Virus record (IMG/VR): IMGVR_UViG_3300031555_003590
Span: 192,001 to 256,000 of that record
Strand: one strand, 5' to 3'
Source of the DNA: a virus
Taxonomy: Duplodnaviria > Caudoviricetes
DNA length: 64,000 nucleotides
The notes below the pieces were generated by a model. It did not search any database and was not told the DNA's origin. It saw only the letters and a program-made list of their open reading frames with translations. How positions within the stretch are numbered: position 1 is the first letter of the stretch; each line of letters starts with the position of its first letter. A program made the translations under genes and the position numbers. Of the stretch, positions 1 to 10,080 are shown piece after piece.

Positions 1-723
1 TACGGTAACAATTATATCACTTTTCTTACCACAATCAAATCTAATAACTTTATCTGTTTTAGGATATTCTTTATTTTTATTTTCAACATGTATAAATCTA
101 TCTACTTCCATAAAATTTAAACATTTAGAAATAGTTAAATTAGAATAAATCATTAATACATTAATTGCCGATTTGAAGATTTGAATATTATAAATTGGAA
201 TTGTATATTCATTACCATTTAAATCTGTAAAATTTTCTTTTGTTGTTTTAACACATATTGGCATTAATGATTTAATTGTTACTGCTCCAAATGATGGATA
301 TAACATTTTATCTACCATCTGATATATTAAATAACATTTTTTTCCTTTTATATGGAGATATCCATGTTCATCTTCTATTGGTAGTATAATTGGTTTCTTT
401 AAATAGTGAACTTTCATTACACCATTTTTATCTAGACCAGATACTTCAACATCTAGATACATTACACCACATCTAGTTTCTGCAATGTTTTTAATTACTT
501 TATTTTTATTTGAATTACGTCTAATGACATGATCATTGATATCATATTTATCTTCATCTGGTACCCATTCATATCCTAATATTTTTATATTGGGTAATAT
601 TTCAAATCCTTTAAATGAATCAAATATATATTCCTCCAATGGTTTATCAAATGCTTTGTTCATTAAATCAACATTTAATTGATCAACATAATCATTTTGT
701 AAATCATTCAAATATTGTAACAT
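1..723 (-). CDS. rpoB: Multisubunit RNA polymerase beta subunit, N-terminal half (runs off the left edge; probably non-virion RNAP)
   Basis: Not in the ORF track. Manual translation from ATG 723 (RBS AAGGAGG; overlaps the upstream stop) is open to base 1: MLQYLNDLQNDYVDQLNVDLMNK...KKPIILPIEDEHGYLHIKGKKCYLIYQMVDK, resembling RpoB IPLMTxxGTFIINGxERVxVSQL. Confidence 0.8.
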   Translation of the reverse strand, partial: MLQYLNDLQNDYVDQLNVDLMNKAFDKPLEEYIFDSFKGFEILPNIKILGYEWVPDEDKYDINDHVIRRNSNKNKVIKNIAETRCGVMYLDVEVSGLDKNGVMKVHYLKKPIILPIEDEHGYLHIKGKKCYLIYQMVDKMLYPSFGAVTIKSLMPICVKTTKENFTDLNGNEYTIPIYNIQIFKSAINVLMIYSNLTISKCLNFMEVDRFIHVENKNKEYPKTDKVIRFDCGKKSDIIVTV

Positions 724-1031
724 TATTCGTCCTCCTTATTAAATTTTATTAAAATATTAATTGTGTCTGATTCGCTTATCTTTTCAGGAATACAACCAAA
801 TATTTTAATAATTTTTTGATTCAAATATTCTTCTGGTATTTTATGACCTTCTGATTTCCATAACATTTTGCTATGATGTTGATCCTCTTTACACCATAAT
901 GAAATAACTTCATTGTGTGAAATTAATGTGTCAATTAAATCTTTTACTTTACAAGGCAATGTTATTATTCGTTTATCTTCTTTCAATTGTTGTAATACAT
1001 TTACTAATTGATCTTTACTTATAACTTGCAT
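723..1031 (-). CDS. Hypothetical protein
   Basis: 102-aa ORF with RBS AAAAGGAGG; stop overlaps the RNAP beta start. Confidence 0.7.
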   Translation of the reverse strand: MQVISKDQLVNVLQQLKEDKRIITLPCKVKDLIDTLISHNEVISLWCKEDQHHSKMLWKSEGHKIPEEYLNQKIIKIFGCIPEKISESDTINILIKFNKEDE

Positions 1032-1056
1032 ATAAAATACCTCCTTTTCATTTTCA

Positions 1057-1067
1057 ATAATATATAA
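1057..1067 (-). promoter_or_regulatory. Putative early phage promoter TTATATATTAT
   Basis: Same motif sits upstream of several non-structural genes (see findings); resembles the phiKZ early consensus TATATTAC. Confidence 0.5.
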
Positions 1068-1114
1068 ATGTAAATCTGTTACTAAATGAAGTTTGTTTTC
1101 AATACTGAAATAAA

Positions 1115-1144
1115 ATAAGAAGGGGTAATATTACCCCTTCTTAT
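1115..1144. terminator. Palindromic intrinsic terminator downstream of dcd
   Basis: Perfect 30-bp palindrome ATAAGAAGGGGTAAT/ATTACCCCTTCTTAT with A/T flanks. Confidence 0.75.
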
Positions 1145-1147
1145 ATA

Positions 1148-1822
1148 TTATTTATTTAACTCAGGATCTTTATAAATACTACTTCCAGTTGCTACAATTT
1201 GATTTTGATATTTAGAATTATTTTTAATACCATATAATCTATCAGCATATTGTGCTTTAAAGAAATATACTTGAGCAATCCTCATTCCTTTATATAGATA
1301 AATTGGATATGAAGATTGATTAAAAACTTCTAATGTTATAGTACCTCTAAAGCCTGCATCAATTAGACCAGCTTGTTCGGTCTGAATACCTAATCTAGCA
1401 ATTGAACTTCTACCTTGTACAAATGATAAAATTCCATTTGGAATATTTAAAATTTCTTGAGATGCCATTAATACAAATTCATTGGGCATTAATTTATAAT
1501 ATTCCATTCCACTTTCTTCATCCTTTTGAAATAGACCGGTATCATATTGAATCTCTTTACGGGTATCGATAGATTTATGTGTAGTAAAAATAGTAGCATT
1601 ATTATTAAATTTAATTTCTTTATTTGTAAAATCTAAAGTATCAATACGATTATGTTTAATCTTTTTCCAAGTATTACCTAATGTTAGATCAATACTATTT
1701 GGTTGAATTTGCGCTTCAGTTAATTCACCTTCAATTAGTAAATTCTTTGCATTATATTTTAGAATAGTTCTATCACTTAATACTGGTTTAAATAAATCTT
1801 TAATATTTTTAATAAATTCCAT
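1148..1822 (-). CDS. dcd: dCTP deaminase
   Basis: LSDR, QIQPNSIDLTL, GRSSIARLG, AGLIDAGFRGTITLE, GMRIAQ and KYQNQ motifs. Confidence 0.95.
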   Translation of the reverse strand: MEFIKNIKDLFKPVLSDRTILKYNAKNLLIEGELTEAQIQPNSIDLTLGNTWKKIKHNRIDTLDFTNKEIKFNNNATIFTTHKSIDTRKEIQYDTGLFQKDEESGMEYYKLMPNEFVLMASQEILNIPNGILSFVQGRSSIARLGIQTEQAGLIDAGFRGTITLEVFNQSSYPIYLYKGMRIAQVYFFKAQYADRLYGIKNNSKYQNQIVATGSSIYKDPELNK

Positions 1823-1920
1823 AAATTATAAAACACTCCTTTTCTAAATAAATTTTTATTTTATACTATTTCGATAATATATTATTAAAAAGAATAGTAA
1901 AGATTTTATGGAGGTATTAT

Positions 1921-3045
1921 ATGAGAATATTATTATTTGCTGATATTCATATTGGTAGTATAAAAGATACTACCTATGTGTATAATGTTATTACTGATAT
2001 AATTGAAAAAGAAGTTGTATTGAAGAAGACTGATATGGTTGTAATATTAGGAGATTATTTTCATCGATTATTTAAAGTGAATGAAGAATATGTATCATGT
2101 GCAATTAATGTAATGACATATTTAATTAGAGCATGTAAACGATCAAATACTAAAATTCGAATTATATATGGAACCGAATCTCATGAGATGAATCAGTATA
2201 AATTATTTAATTATCATTTTACCAGTAGTAATTTAGATATTAAATTATTTGATACTTGTACTGAAGAAACTATTGATGGAAAGAATATTTTGTATGTTCC
2301 AGAAGAATATATTTTAGACAAAAAGAAATTTTATAAAAAGACTTTGTATTCAGGTAAAAAATATGACTATATCTTTGGTCATGGAACTATTTTAGATGGA
2401 ATGCCAGCAGCAATGTCCTTTAGTAAACCTAATCCAGATGAGAAACAAGTTCCTAGATTTAAATCAGGTGAATTTAGCGAAATATGTACTATTGGAGTAT
2501 TTGGACATGAGCATCGACATAAACATATGGAAGGTGAAATATATTATTTAGGATCATTATTTAGAGATTCTTTTGGAGAAGAAGATCCTAAAGGATATGG
2601 TATTATTGAAGATGACAAATTTACATTTGTTGAAAATATACAAGCATATGTATTTAAAACATATGAATTTAATTCTGAATCAAATGTATATAATAGTAAT
2701 GATGATATTATAAGAGAAATTGAAAAAATTAAACAAGAAAATCAAAATGTATTTAATGGTAATCAACATGGTAAAATTAGAATAATATTTAATACGCCAG
2801 AAAATATAGATTCTACTTTTAAAGAAAATTTAAAAACAATTTTATTCAATGATAAATTTATTGCTCCATTAATAAAAGAATCTAATACTGAATTAATAAA
2901 TGATGCTAAAGATGAAGTTGATGATGAGTTTGAATTTCTATTAGATTCATCATTACCAATTAATGATAAAATTTATAGATATTTAAATAAAATATATGAA
3001 AATCCAATGAGTATGGAAGAATTGATAATGTATCTAAATGAATAA
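1921..3045 (+). CDS. sbcD: SbcD/Mre11-like metallophosphoesterase nuclease
   Basis: ADIHIG, LGDYFH, GTESHE, FGH, GHEH and YLGS motifs. Confidence 0.85.
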   Translation: MRILLFADIHIGSIKDTTYVYNVITDIIEKEVVLKKTDMVVILGDYFHRLFKVNEEYVSCAINVMTYLIRACKRSNTKIRIIYGTESHEMNQYKLFNYHFTSSNLDIKLFDTCTEETIDGKNILYVPEEYILDKKKFYKKTLYSGKKYDYIFGHGTILDGMPAAMSFSKPNPDEKQVPRFKSGEFSEICTIGVFGHEHRHKHMEGEIYYLGSLFRDSFGEEDPKGYGIIEDDKFTFVENIQAYVFKTYEFNSESNVYNSNDDIIREIEKIKQENQNVFNGNQHGKIRIIFNTPENIDSTFKENLKTILFNDKFIAPLIKESNTELINDAKDEVDDEFEFLLDSSLPINDKIYRYLNKIYENPMSMEELIMYLNE

Positions 3046-3048
3046 AAT

Positions 3049-3073
3049 ATAGGGAGAGTTCAACTCTCCCTAT
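3049..3073. terminator. Bidirectional terminator between convergent genes
   Basis: ATAGGGAGAGTT-C-AACTCTCCCTAT hairpin. Confidence 0.75.
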
Positions 3074-3077
3074 TATT

Positions 3078-3371
3078 CTATCTAAAATCAGGATCTTTTA
3101 ACTTATCTTCTAAATCTTTTATTGTTTTTTGATATATTGATCTTTCTTTATTACTGAGAACTTTACAAGTTGTATCAAATAAGAATATTACAATAAGTAT
3201 TATTGAGTAAAACCACCATTTGTATCCAATTGCCATTTGAAACCATAATAGAATTAACCCGTATCTCCAATAATAATCATGTTTTAATAATGTAAATATA
3301 ATTATTAATTGCCAAAAATTATCTCTTATTAATAACAATATTGATGAAATATTATTTAATAAAAATTCCAT
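3078..3371 (-). CDS. Small membrane protein
   Basis: 97 aa with hydrophobic segments and a basic/coiled C-tail; RBS GAAAGGAG. Confidence 0.65.
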   Translation of the reverse strand: MEFLLNNISSILLLIRDNFWQLIIIFTLLKHDYYWRYGLILLWFQMAIGYKWWFYSIILIVIFLFDTTCKVLSNKERSIYQKTIKDLEDKLKDPDFR

Positions 3372-3389
3372 ATAAATACTCCTTTCTAA

Positions 3390-3980
3390 TTAAAATGGAT
3401 CTATTGATTGTTGTGGAATATGAACATTTTCTTCAATCTGTTGATTTACATTACCAGTAGATTTTTTATTAATACCACTAGTAAATGTAACACTAGGAGT
3501 ATTAGAATTATATTTATAATCATATCCTCTTTGAATATAATCATGATATGTTATTAATGCCCATTTAGCATCTATAGATAAACTTAGTATCATATTTAAT
3601 AATTCTAATAAAGTAATTTTTTCAGATAGCCATTCTAATTCTGAATGAGTAGAAGCATAATCATCAGCTATATTAATAGCATCATTTAATTTATTTAATT
3701 CAGTCCATGGACTACCATAGCCATTATTAAATGAATTAGATGATGTAAATAATCCATCATTTAATGAATTCATATTATTACAATCAGATTCAATTCCAGT
3801 AATCGATTCTTTAATTGGAGTTATAAAATCAGATGAATTACGTTTTACTTCTTTTTCTCTTGAATCAATAATATTAATTCTATATGATGATACATTAGAT
3901 AATGATTTAATACATTCAATAGTAGCATCTTTAACAGAATTAATTCCAGCTAATATTCTTTCTACATCCGGACCCATCAT
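3390..3980 (-). CDS. Hypothetical protein
   Basis: 196-aa ORF directly downstream of rusA; RBS GGAGG. Confidence 0.7.
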   Translation of the reverse strand: MMGPDVERILAGINSVKDATIECIKSLSNVSSYRINIIDSREKEVKRNSSDFITPIKESITGIESDCNNMNSLNDGLFTSSNSFNNGYGSPWTELNKLNDAINIADDYASTHSELEWLSEKITLLELLNMILSLSIDAKWALITYHDYIQRGYDYKYNSNTPSVTFTSGINKKSTGNVNQQIEENVHIPQQSIDPF

Positions 3981-3985
3981 AATAT

Positions 3986-4603
3986 TTATTTACCTCCTTT
4001 ATTTGGAAATATAATTTCATCTGGATGTTTATTATAATAAATTACAGATACATCAGTTCTAGGTTTAATGCTATAAAATATACGAATTGTAGAATCAATA
4101 ACTAAACAGTCATCAGCTAACATTCCATGTTGAATAGAATCAGCTACAGATTTAGCATAGTTATCAAAATCTCCTGTACGTCTCCATGGTCTAATTAATC
4201 CTAATTCTGCTAATACTTTATTCTTGATACTAAATGATGAAGGAGTTTTTTCATATACAGTAATATTTAGAGTACATGGTGTATCAATAAATGGAAGATT
4301 ATTTTCTTTAGCAAACTCTTCAAACCAATCACCATTTTCTTTTGCCCTAGGTACATATGTTTTTATATATGCGCCTCTTCTATTAAATCTTGGACGAGCA
4401 GATGGTCTAACAATCTTCCACATTGTAAATTCTAATTTAGTAGTTTTTAATCGTTTTATTTTTCTTGCTTCTGCAGCAATCATATCATTAAATTTTTTAT
4501 TATCAGCTTTCTTTCCTAATATATAAGTAATACGATCTAATTGATCATTTGGTATATGACCAAATTCTTGTTCATATAATTTATCTTCTCTCTTTTTTGA
4601 CAT
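3986..4603 (-). CDS. rusA: RusA-family Holliday junction resolvase
   Basis: PSARPR, GDFDNYAKSVADS and ADDCLV catalytic Asp motifs. Confidence 0.85.
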   Translation of the reverse strand: MSKKREDKLYEQEFGHIPNDQLDRITYILGKKADNKKFNDMIAAEARKIKRLKTTKLEFTMWKIVRPSARPRFNRRGAYIKTYVPRAKENGDWFEEFAKENNLPFIDTPCTLNITVYEKTPSSFSIKNKVLAELGLIRPWRRTGDFDNYAKSVADSIQHGMLADDCLVIDSTIRIFYSIKPRTDVSVIYYNKHPDEIIFPNKGGK

Positions 4604-4694
4604 TTAATTCACCTCCTTAAATAATTAAACTACTTGTAACGACTTTACTTGTATATTAATATTTTTATATTATAAATTAGAAAGGAATGTTATT

Positions 4695-6602
4695 ATGAGC
4701 TTTTTAGAGTATTCAAACAAAACACAATCTAATATTATTCCTCAGGAAGAATTTGAGGGATTAATTGGTGAGGTATTTGGAGTTATCTCAGATAATTTAA
4801 GTAAATCATTAGGTCCACTTGGATCTTCTGCTACTATTCTTGATGGAATGATGACTGAAGCAACTAAAGATGGTCATGCTATTTTAATGAAATATTGTTT
4901 CCATAATCGTTACAAAAAGATGATATATAATTTAATTAAAGCACCTTGTATTCGCATGAATAATACTGTAGGAGATGGTACAACAACTGCTATTGTACTA
5001 ACTAATGCATTATTTAAACAATATAATGGTGCTCCTGGTGTTAATGGACGTAAGAATGCATTTAATACTTTATATAGGCTTCCTCGTCAGTTTACTAAAG
5101 CATGGGATGAAGTTATTAATGATCTAAGAGAAAGAGTAATGAAAGCAGCTACTCCAATTGAACCAAATGATTATGATACTATTTATAATATTGCATATGT
5201 TACTAGCAATGGCAATCATGATATTTCTACAGCTATTGCTGAAACATATAAAACAGCTAAGTCTCCTTCTATAAAGCAAAAAGATTCTCCTACTAATAAA
5301 TCTTATATTAGTCCTATTAATGGATTTGATTTTCCTGCTAATCTAATTAGTGATGCATTTGTTCGTAATCAAGATCTCAGTGCTACTGAAAAAGATATTC
5401 GTATAATGATTTTTGATCATAAAATTGAAACTGATATGTTTAATAAAGTTATTGCACCCATTAATGATGTAATAAGAGCAATGGGTTATAAACTATTAGT
5501 ATTAGCTCCATATTATGATGTATATATGTGCGATACAGTAGTTGATCAATATTTAACATATGAAATGCGTACTAAAGGTAGTATTAATCTTATTATGGGT
5601 CAGTATAGTATAGGTAAACTTGAACCTCATCAGTTAGTTGATCTTGCTACTATACTTAGGGCAAAAGTTATTACTCAAGAAATGTTTACAGGATTATCTA
5701 ATACTATTGCAGGTGGTATCAATATTGATTCTTTAGTAGAAGATATTATAGAAAATGATTCATTTGAATTTTATAGATTAATTGGTCAAGCATCTGAGGC
5801 TATTCTATCTTGTAATACTGGATCTATTTTTAGAGTTACTGATATTGAAAATGATCAAAAGTATATTGATACTCTTAATCGTGCACGTAAAGATTTAGAA
5901 GATATTATATCTAAAACTGATTATGAAAAGCATTCATATTCTGCTAAGATTTATGAAGCTAATGCAAGAGTACTTCAATTAGAAATGAAAAATTATATCT
6001 ATTACATTGGTGCTGACAGTGATTTACAAAAACAAATTATTTGGGATTCAGTTGAAGATGTAATTAAGTGTGTACGTTCTGCTATCAAATATGGTGTTGT
6101 TCCTGGTTGCCAAATTACTATTGCACGTTCATGTGTAGATGCAATGAGAGAACTAGTTCCTATTGGTATTGAAAATCCTCAAGAATTTTTGGATTCTTTA
6201 TCTGATGATATTCGTCTAAAATATGGTATTTTAGATATGATCTATGATTCAGTTACTATGGTATATGCTCAAGTATTACATGGTGCTAGTGGCCAGGGTA
6301 TGGTTAAGCTGGTTGATAGATGGCAATATACTGCCAATACTCCTGAAGCTATCAAGGCATTAGAAACTGCTGCTATTCAAAAGGGTCTTGAAATTATTAA
6401 TACTAGTTTTAATGAAAATAAAACATTTGATCTAGAAACTCTTGAATATAGTGAAAATATTATTACTTCTGCAGAGACTGATAGTATGGTATTATCTGTT
6501 GCATCTGAATTAATTAAAATTTTAATTAGTGGAAATCAATGCATTTTCTTAGATAGTGAAATTAATGAAAGCCATCAAGAAACTAAAGAATTTTATGTAT
6601 AA
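4695..6602 (+). CDS. groEL: Phage GroEL-like chaperonin
   Basis: SLGPLG, TKDGHAIL, VGDGTTT and GVVPG motifs; 635 aa. Confidence 0.9.
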   Translation: MSFLEYSNKTQSNIIPQEEFEGLIGEVFGVISDNLSKSLGPLGSSATILDGMMTEATKDGHAILMKYCFHNRYKKMIYNLIKAPCIRMNNTVGDGTTTAIVLTNALFKQYNGAPGVNGRKNAFNTLYRLPRQFTKAWDEVINDLRERVMKAATPIEPNDYDTIYNIAYVTSNGNHDISTAIAETYKTAKSPSIKQKDSPTNKSYISPINGFDFPANLISDAFVRNQDLSATEKDIRIMIFDHKIETDMFNKVIAPINDVIRAMGYKLLVLAPYYDVYMCDTVVDQYLTYEMRTKGSINLIMGQYSIGKLEPHQLVDLATILRAKVITQEMFTGLSNTIAGGINIDSLVEDIIENDSFEFYRLIGQASEAILSCNTGSIFRVTDIENDQKYIDTLNRARKDLEDIISKTDYEKHSYSAKIYEANARVLQLEMKNYIYYIGADSDLQKQIIWDSVEDVIKCVRSAIKYGVVPGCQITIARSCVDAMRELVPIGIENPQEFLDSLSDDIRLKYGILDMIYDSVTMVYAQVLHGASGQGMVKLVDRWQYTANTPEAIKALETAAIQKGLEIINTSFNENKTFDLETLEYSENIITSAETDSMVLSVASELIKILISGNQCIFLDSEINESHQETKEFYV

Positions 6603-6610
6603 TTAAGTAA

Positions 6611-6642
6611 TAATAGAGGGAGCATTATAGCTCCCTCTATTA
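6611..6642. terminator. Bidirectional terminator with ATTATA loop
   Basis: TAATAGAGGGAGC-ATTATA-GCTCCCTCTATTA between convergent genes. Confidence 0.8.
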
Positions 6643-6644
6643 TA

Positions 6645-6809
6645 TTATTTATTATTAGTAACTTGATTAGTTTTCATATCTTCTCTAAGAGGAAGAGTTA
6701 CAGATAGATTCATTACTTCAGAATGAATATTTTCAGGAACATCAGATTCTTTTCGTTCACCTTTTTGAATCAATCTAGCCCAATATTTAATTAGATGACG
6801 TTTAGCCAT
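6645..6809 (-). CDS. CD1375-like small protein (54 aa, not in ORF track)
   Basis: Manual translation MAKRHLIKYWARLIQKGERKESDVPENIHSEVMNL...; RBS GGAGG; fits the CD1375 pattern Y/WxxLIxxGxxxxxDVP. Confidence 0.7.
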   Translation of the reverse strand: MAKRHLIKYWARLIQKGERKESDVPENIHSEVMNLSVTLPLREDMKTNQVTNNK

Positions 6810-6810
6810 A

Positions 6811-6993
6811 TTAATTACCTCCTTTATATTGTTTTAATGCTTTACGCTCATGACCAGTAGATCTATCATTTTTAATATCATCTTCAATCATTTTAATTAA
6901 TTCATCACGCAATCTACTATCATCAATATCTTTTAAAGATTTTGATCCATTACGAATATATTTTAAATATTCATCTAAAATTTCATTTCTCAT
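6811..6993 (-). CDS. CD1375-like small protein
   Basis: YLKYIRNGSKSLKDI...LRDEL pattern; RBS AAGGAGG. Confidence 0.6.
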   Translation of the reverse strand: MRNEILDEYLKYIRNGSKSLKDIDDSRLRDELIKMIEDDIKNDRSTGHERKALKQYKGGN

Positions 6994-7027
6994 ATATTAA
7001 CCTCCTTTATACATGATTAATTTTGAG

Positions 7028-8164
7028 TTAACTATTAGGGGGAGGTAGTATAAATCCTTGACCCATTCGTAAAGTTAGATTCTTAATATCATCAATTGAA
7101 TTAATATTCATTCGTTCAAACATTGAACGTTTTTTACAGGTATAATTAAATTCATCATCTACAGGAATATATAATCCATCAATATAATGATATTCAGAAG
7201 TTCTACTAAATGCTTTTTCTTTTGCAATACCGCCAAATGCAATCATATTACGATTATCCATTTGATCTTTAGTTTTAGTTTCACTAAGTACAGGATGATC
7301 AATAACAAATTTAGAATATTTATCAGTCAAAAAAATATATGGCCTATCCATATGACGAATAATATCCATCTCATCTAAAGAAAATCCAATATCGCCATAA
7401 TTTAAATGATAATCTTTATTATTATCATTGAATTCTTTAATAATTATGCGGAATTTTTTAGAAATATTATAATAATCTTCTTTATAATTAGGAGATACAG
7501 TCATTCCATCTGGATGTACAATGTTAGCCATTAATTCTAAATCTTCTTTAAAAATATCCCAATTCTTAGGATCTTGACCATTAAACATTGCTACCAAATC
7601 ACAATTAACATATAAACCATGTTTTTGGAATTCGTGTACAATCTCAGCTAATCTTTCAGGACTAACATGAATTCTATTTTGTCCTTTACATGCTTCTTTA
7701 TTGAATGATTGAATACCAATACTAATATGATGATATTTCATTGTATGAATCATAAAATCCATTCTTTCATCAGTCATATCAATAGGATGAATTTCTGTAC
7801 GTCTAATTCCAAATTTATCATAGTTAGGAAATATTTCAGTCATTCTTTTTAATGAATCTAATGTCCATAAACTAGGAGTTCCTCCACCAAAAAACATTTC
7901 AGATATATTTAATTTTCCTATAATTGGAGACATTCTTTCCATCATACGTAGAACAGCATTTTCATATGGAACAATTAAATGTTTATGATCATCATATTTT
8001 AATGCACCAAAAATGCAAAATTTACATACAGAACGACACCATGGATAATGTATATAAATACTTACATCTTCTCCTGCTTTCATTTCATGTTCTTCAAAAT
8101 ATTCTTTCCAAAATTGAACAAAATCATCTTCAGTTAAATATACTGGATATGTATCAAATTTCAA
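7028..8164 (-). CDS. HemN-like (class C) radical SAM enzyme
   Basis: IYIHYPWCRSVCKFC (CxxxCxxC), FGGGTPS, SIGIQSF and NCDL motifs. Confidence 0.9.
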   Translation of the reverse strand: MKFDTYPVYLTEDDFVQFWKEYFEEHEMKAGEDVSIYIHYPWCRSVCKFCIFGALKYDDHKHLIVPYENAVLRMMERMSPIIGKLNISEMFFGGGTPSLWTLDSLKRMTEIFPNYDKFGIRRTEIHPIDMTDERMDFMIHTMKYHHISIGIQSFNKEACKGQNRIHVSPERLAEIVHEFQKHGLYVNCDLVAMFNGQDPKNWDIFKEDLELMANIVHPDGMTVSPNYKEDYYNISKKFRIIIKEFNDNNKDYHLNYGDIGFSLDEMDIIRHMDRPYIFLTDKYSKFVIDHPVLSETKTKDQMDNRNMIAFGGIAKEKAFSRTSEYHYIDGLYIPVDDEFNYTCKKRSMFERMNINSIDDIKNLTLRMGQGFILPPPNS

Positions 8165-8166
8165 AT

Positions 8167-8985
8167 TTATTTATCTCCTTTCATTTCATTTACTAATTTA
8201 GCAAACTTTTTTGGAAATGAGCAATGATGTTGAAGTATGCATGGTTTACAAATACTAGCTCTTTCACATGTATAACATTCCATAACCATAGCAGGTTTTA
8301 CATCATGAGGACATTTATGAGTTAATGTCCCATCAGGATTTAATGTATAAACTCCACTACAATCAAAGTACCAATGATTTATTCTATCTGCAATTTCATT
8401 TGGAATATCTGATCTCCATTTAGTATATAATTCACATAAAAAATCGTCTACTCTTTCAAAATATTTTGAATCCATATTTCCATTATAATGTTCTAATTTA
8501 ATACGTTTAAACATTGAAGCATTCCATTGATCAACTATTTTTAAAAAATTATCTACTCCAAAATTAAGAAGATCATCATCCATTGTAATTAATAATGAAG
8601 GTTTTACTTTAGTTATTCCGCTTAATTGTTTGCAATTATTATACCAAACATCATATTGAATTTTAGTAAATCTATTAGGATTCCATGATGTAGCAACACT
8701 ACCTAATTTATTATAATATTCAATTAATTTATCATTCAATATCATTAAATTGGTAGAAATAGATGAAATCTTTTTATTATTAATTTCACATTCATTTATA
8801 ATATCAAACATTCTATCTTGATAGATAGTAGGTTCTCCACCAAATAGAATTATTCTTCCATCAAATGATAATAATTTTTCTAAGAATTTTTCTTTATTAA
8901 AATCATCTTCAAGTTTATATACATCACAATGAGGACAGGATAAATTGCATTGTCTAGTTATTAATGCATATAAAGTTTTTCCCAT
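8167..8985 (-). CDS. Radical SAM enzyme with Cys-rich SPASM-like C-terminus
   Basis: CNLSCPHC, FGGEP; C-terminal DC...LNPDG...CP...CYTCERASICKPC...C. Confidence 0.9.
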   Translation of the reverse strand: MGKTLYALITRQCNLSCPHCDVYKLEDDFNKEKFLEKLLSFDGRIILFGGEPTIYQDRMFDIINECEINNKKISSISTNLMILNDKLIEYYNKLGSVATSWNPNRFTKIQYDVWYNNCKQLSGITKVKPSLLITMDDDLLNFGVDNFLKIVDQWNASMFKRIKLEHYNGNMDSKYFERVDDFLCELYTKWRSDIPNEIADRINHWYFDCSGVYTLNPDGTLTHKCPHDVKPAMVMECYTCERASICKPCILQHHCSFPKKFAKLVNEMKGDK

Positions 8986-9001
8986 ATAATAATACCTCCT
9001 A

Positions 9002-9982
9002 TTATAAAATCCATCCAGATTTAAGGATTCTAGATTCTAATTTTTTCATTTCAGTACAATAATTAGGATCTAATTTTGCTTCAATACGATTAACTTCACA
9101 TCCATTACATAAATTAAATAGTTCACAATATGCGCATTCTTTTGTAATAAAATCATTATAATTAATATGCTCATATTTAGGAATATAATCTGGATTAATT
9201 AATTCATCTTTAGGAATTTCAATACCCATTGATAATTTTTCATCGCATGTTCCAACATGCATAATATCATTATTATCAATATATACACATCTGATTGTAG
9301 AATTGCAAGAATGTTGAATATTATATGGACAAGTCCCCTTATGTCTATATTTACAATTCCATTCATAATCTTCAAGTCCAGCATCAATAATATCTAAATA
9401 ATGTTTCATCATTTTATATCGTTGATAGCCGATAGACTGATAACCAACTCCAACAGCTCTATTCAATTTACAAATAGTACCTAAACGTTTTGCTAATAAA
9501 ATATGATCCATGACAGTATTTTCATTGTCATCATCAATTACTGCAATAAACATTGGAACTCCTTTATCAGGTACATATTTTTTAAAACGTTCAATTACAT
9601 CAATGAACATTTCTTCAGTAAATATAGTATCTTTATTCCATCGTCTAGTATTACCATAATTAAATGAAGTAGTAATTTTAAACCATTTTTCATTAAATAA
9701 TGGAGCCCATTTTTCAGGATGAAGATAAAAATCTTTCAAGTTAGTAGTAGGACTAATATTTACATTAGGCATTAATTCATGTAATTCATAATAATAATCA
9801 GGTTGCATTAATAAAGGTTCTCCACCAGTAATAATAATTGTGGTAGGATTCATTTGTTTAATTAATTCTTTAATCTTATTAGGAACTTTTTCATCTTTAG
9901 GATGTTGAATTGTCATATCACCAGCAGAACAAAATGTACATGAAAAATTACATCTGCCAGTTGGTTTAATAATTAATTCCAT
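9002..9982 (-). CDS. Radical SAM/SPASM peptide-maturase-like enzyme
   Basis: IIKPTGRCNFSCTFC, TGGEPL; SPASM-like CP...C...GTC...CAYCELFNLCNGC...C. Confidence 0.92.
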   Translation of the reverse strand: MELIIKPTGRCNFSCTFCSAGDMTIQHPKDEKVPNKIKELIKQMNPTTIIITGGEPLLMQPDYYYELHELMPNVNISPTTNLKDFYLHPEKWAPLFNEKWFKITTSFNYGNTRRWNKDTIFTEEMFIDVIERFKKYVPDKGVPMFIAVIDDDNENTVMDHILLAKRLGTICKLNRAVGVGYQSIGYQRYKMMKHYLDIIDAGLEDYEWNCKYRHKGTCPYNIQHSCNSTIRCVYIDNNDIMHVGTCDEKLSMGIEIPKDELINPDYIPKYEHINYNDFITKECAYCELFNLCNGCEVNRIEAKLDPNYCTEMKKLESRILKSGWIL

Positions 9983-10034
9983 ATATTAATATCCTCCAAT
10001 TAATTCAATATTTTACATAAAATGTTAAAACGAT

Positions 10035-10074
10035 TGATATAGATTATATCCCAAATGGGATATAATCTATATCA
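10035..10074. terminator. Long hairpin between accessory genes and radical SAM genes (terminator or processing site)
   Basis: TGATATAGATTATATCCC-AAAT-GGGATATAATCTATATCA. Confidence 0.6.
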
Positions 10075-10080
10075 TTAATA

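Noticed and set aside
7028-9982. rSAM trio as 7-deazaguanine (QueE), anaerobic RNR activase or heme-biosynthesis genes
   Set aside because: There are no queC/queD/folE/dpdA, nrdD or hem neighbours in the window; SPASM-like tails and the adjacent Cys-repeat protein fit peptide modification better. A DNA-modification role is not fully excluded.
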